Shown here: piece after piece, positions 62,178 to 64,000 of the stretch
Layout of the letters: each line of letters starts with the position of its first letter
Numbering within the stretch: position 1 is the stretch's first letter
Source: Podarcis filfolensis
Taxonomy: Eukaryota
Assembly (NCBI GenBank): GCA_964270895.1
Contig: OZ185442.1
Reading direction: 5' to 3' (one strand)
DNA: 64,000 bases
Program-made: the position numbers and the translations under genes
Notes under the pieces: model-generated
What the model saw: only the letters and a program-made list of their open reading frames with translations
What the model was told of the DNA's origin: nothing
Databases searched by the model: none

Positions 62178-62696
62178 GACATTGCTCCACACAAATAAAG
62201 AAATATGCATGCAGCATGGAAAGCTATTCCTATGTGATATTGATTAATCAACTAAGATTTCTTAGATGAATAATTGGAGATTAAGTACAGTCTAGTTGTT
62301 GCAGTGCTGGACTAAATCACCCACTCAACCATGATGTTTCTTGTTTGACTATGGGTCAGTGTCTCACTGTATCTCCCCCTGCCTTCAGTCTCACCTACCT
62401 CAAAGGGTTGTTGCAGGGATAAAATGGACCGTGTACACTGCTCTGAGATCAATGGAGGAAGGGTGGGATGGAAACATAATCATCATCATTTTATGAAACT
62501 TAAACTTTGCCAGAGTAGGAAATCCTGTTTTGTGCATATTGTTAGAGTATGAATTAAAGCCACCAGAAGTCAATGGGCCATTTCTATTCATTCCAGAGCT
62601 GTAAACTCAGTTGTTAATTTTTTTAAAAACACATACCAAAAAACAACAACCCAGGCCCTGATCTATCCCCCACCCCCACGGAAACCCCATACCAAC

Positions 62697-62870
62697 CTTA
62701 AAGTGAATGAGGCTTGGCTTGCTATAGAAAGGACACCCTCTAAATTCAAGTCCACAGACTTTATGTTTGCGAATAATTCCACTATGCAGCTTCTCCAAGT
62801 TTTGAGAAAATATCTCCTTTTCCAGTTTAGATGCACCAACAGGTTTGGAGTCTAAACCAACATCTGGCAC
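62697..62870 (-). CDS. CFAP74: CFAP74 coding exon (first in window; 174 nt, phase 0/0)
   Basis: cag|GTG...AAG|gttggt. Encodes VPDVGLDSKPVGASKLEKEIFSQNLEKLHSGIIRKHKVCGLEFRGCPFYSKPSLIHFK, resembling recalled human VPKEDVDRKPVGGTKMDKDIL...GREFQGRPFNSKPELLHFQ. Confidence 0.93.
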
Positions 62871-64000
62871 CTGAGCAGTGTGAAACCATAGCGGGGAGAA
62901 GGAGATACATGATTAGGTTATTTCAAAGATGGGGAATATTTTTTTCACTTTTTTTCTTTTTTGCTAAGGCTATTCATTATTCGCAGGGCTTTAGTTAACA
63001 GTTGCAGAGAGGTCCACAGCACCAGGAAGAGAAGGTTAAACTCATTCCCTAAAGTTGCTAATTGTGCCATTGGGTGAAACATACAGGAGCCCAGCCTCTC
63101 GCCCACTCCAGCTTCAAATACCATGATTGTAAACTGAGAAAATGATGTGGAAAGCATTAGGATTTCAAATTGTGAGAAGAATTTCTGTCATTATTATTAT
63201 TTTTAATTAAATGTGAAAAATCTTCCTGGCTGATCTTCTGGATCATATAATGGCCTTGTTTGCACACCAGAGTACAGCAAAGAAACAAAACTACAATCCC
63301 TGGTTCAGACATACCACTAGGGGCAGAATTCAACAGTGTACCCTTCTGATCCATCAATGAAACCATGAAGAGGAACAATTCCCCTCCTCCCCTGTAGCCT
63401 TTTTGGGGTTACTACAACCCCTCCATCATGGAGGGGGGCACAGGGGGGATACCTGTTGCACAAGCAAAAGCCGTTGCATGAGCTTCTGCTGATAGTACTC
63501 ATTAGCTAAATCCTGTCCTAAGTCAGGGATTGTGATATGTTCCATCCATACACTACTGAGAAGACAGATTTTTAAAAGGACCTATCATTGTAAACCACTA
63601 TAACTATGGTTTGCCACAATGTACAAACTGGGCCAGAGTTTGGCCCACAGTTGTCTCCCAAAAGCCACTGGAGAACAGAACACAAAGGTTCTTGGCAACA
63701 GAGTGAAACAGAGGTTTCCACTTTGTGAATGTACATTATTCATTTGTCTTCCAAGCCTTTAACACTGCTGCAGTGCTCTAAAGAGTCGCTCTGTTGTTTT
63801 AAGCGCAGGGTGAAAAGGGATTTCTTTTTTCCACATGAAATCATCTCCATCACCAACTCAACAGAATGTCATGTTCAGTCGCAACAGTCAAACAAGCCAG
63901 CAAACATGAAGTGATATGTGTCTTCACAAATCTCTGAGGCAAGACTAAGCCAGATATCTCGCCCCCCCCACCCCAGTTAGGAGAAGAAATGCTTTTGAAA

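Overview
This is eukaryotic genomic DNA, most likely from a lacertid lizard (Podarcis/Lacerta/Zootoca-like), inferred from Sauria SINEs, a tRNA-Ile/CR1 SINE and squamate hAT, Tigger, L2 and CR1 repeats. The only gene I can support is CFAP74 (cilia- and flagella-associated protein 74) on the minus strand. I traced 27 coding exons from 62870 down to the TGA stop at 11346-11348, totalling 3576 nt (1191 aa plus stop). All introns are GT-AG and all phases are consistent; the 5' exons lie beyond the right edge of the window. Orthology rests on the human CFAP74 sequence as I recall it, not on a database search. The rest is intron or intergenic DNA dense in transposons, several with intact target-site duplications (TSDs). 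I found no convincing previously undescribed multi-gene system. The most notable observations are: a U12-type (minor spliceosome) intron at 18657-20068; an unclassified ~870-bp LTR-like or tyrosine-recombinase-like insertion at ~3270-4145; a near-perfect hairpin hAT MITE in the CFAP74 3' UTR; two sense-oriented intronic solo LTRs with tandem repeats; and candidate poison and micro exons.
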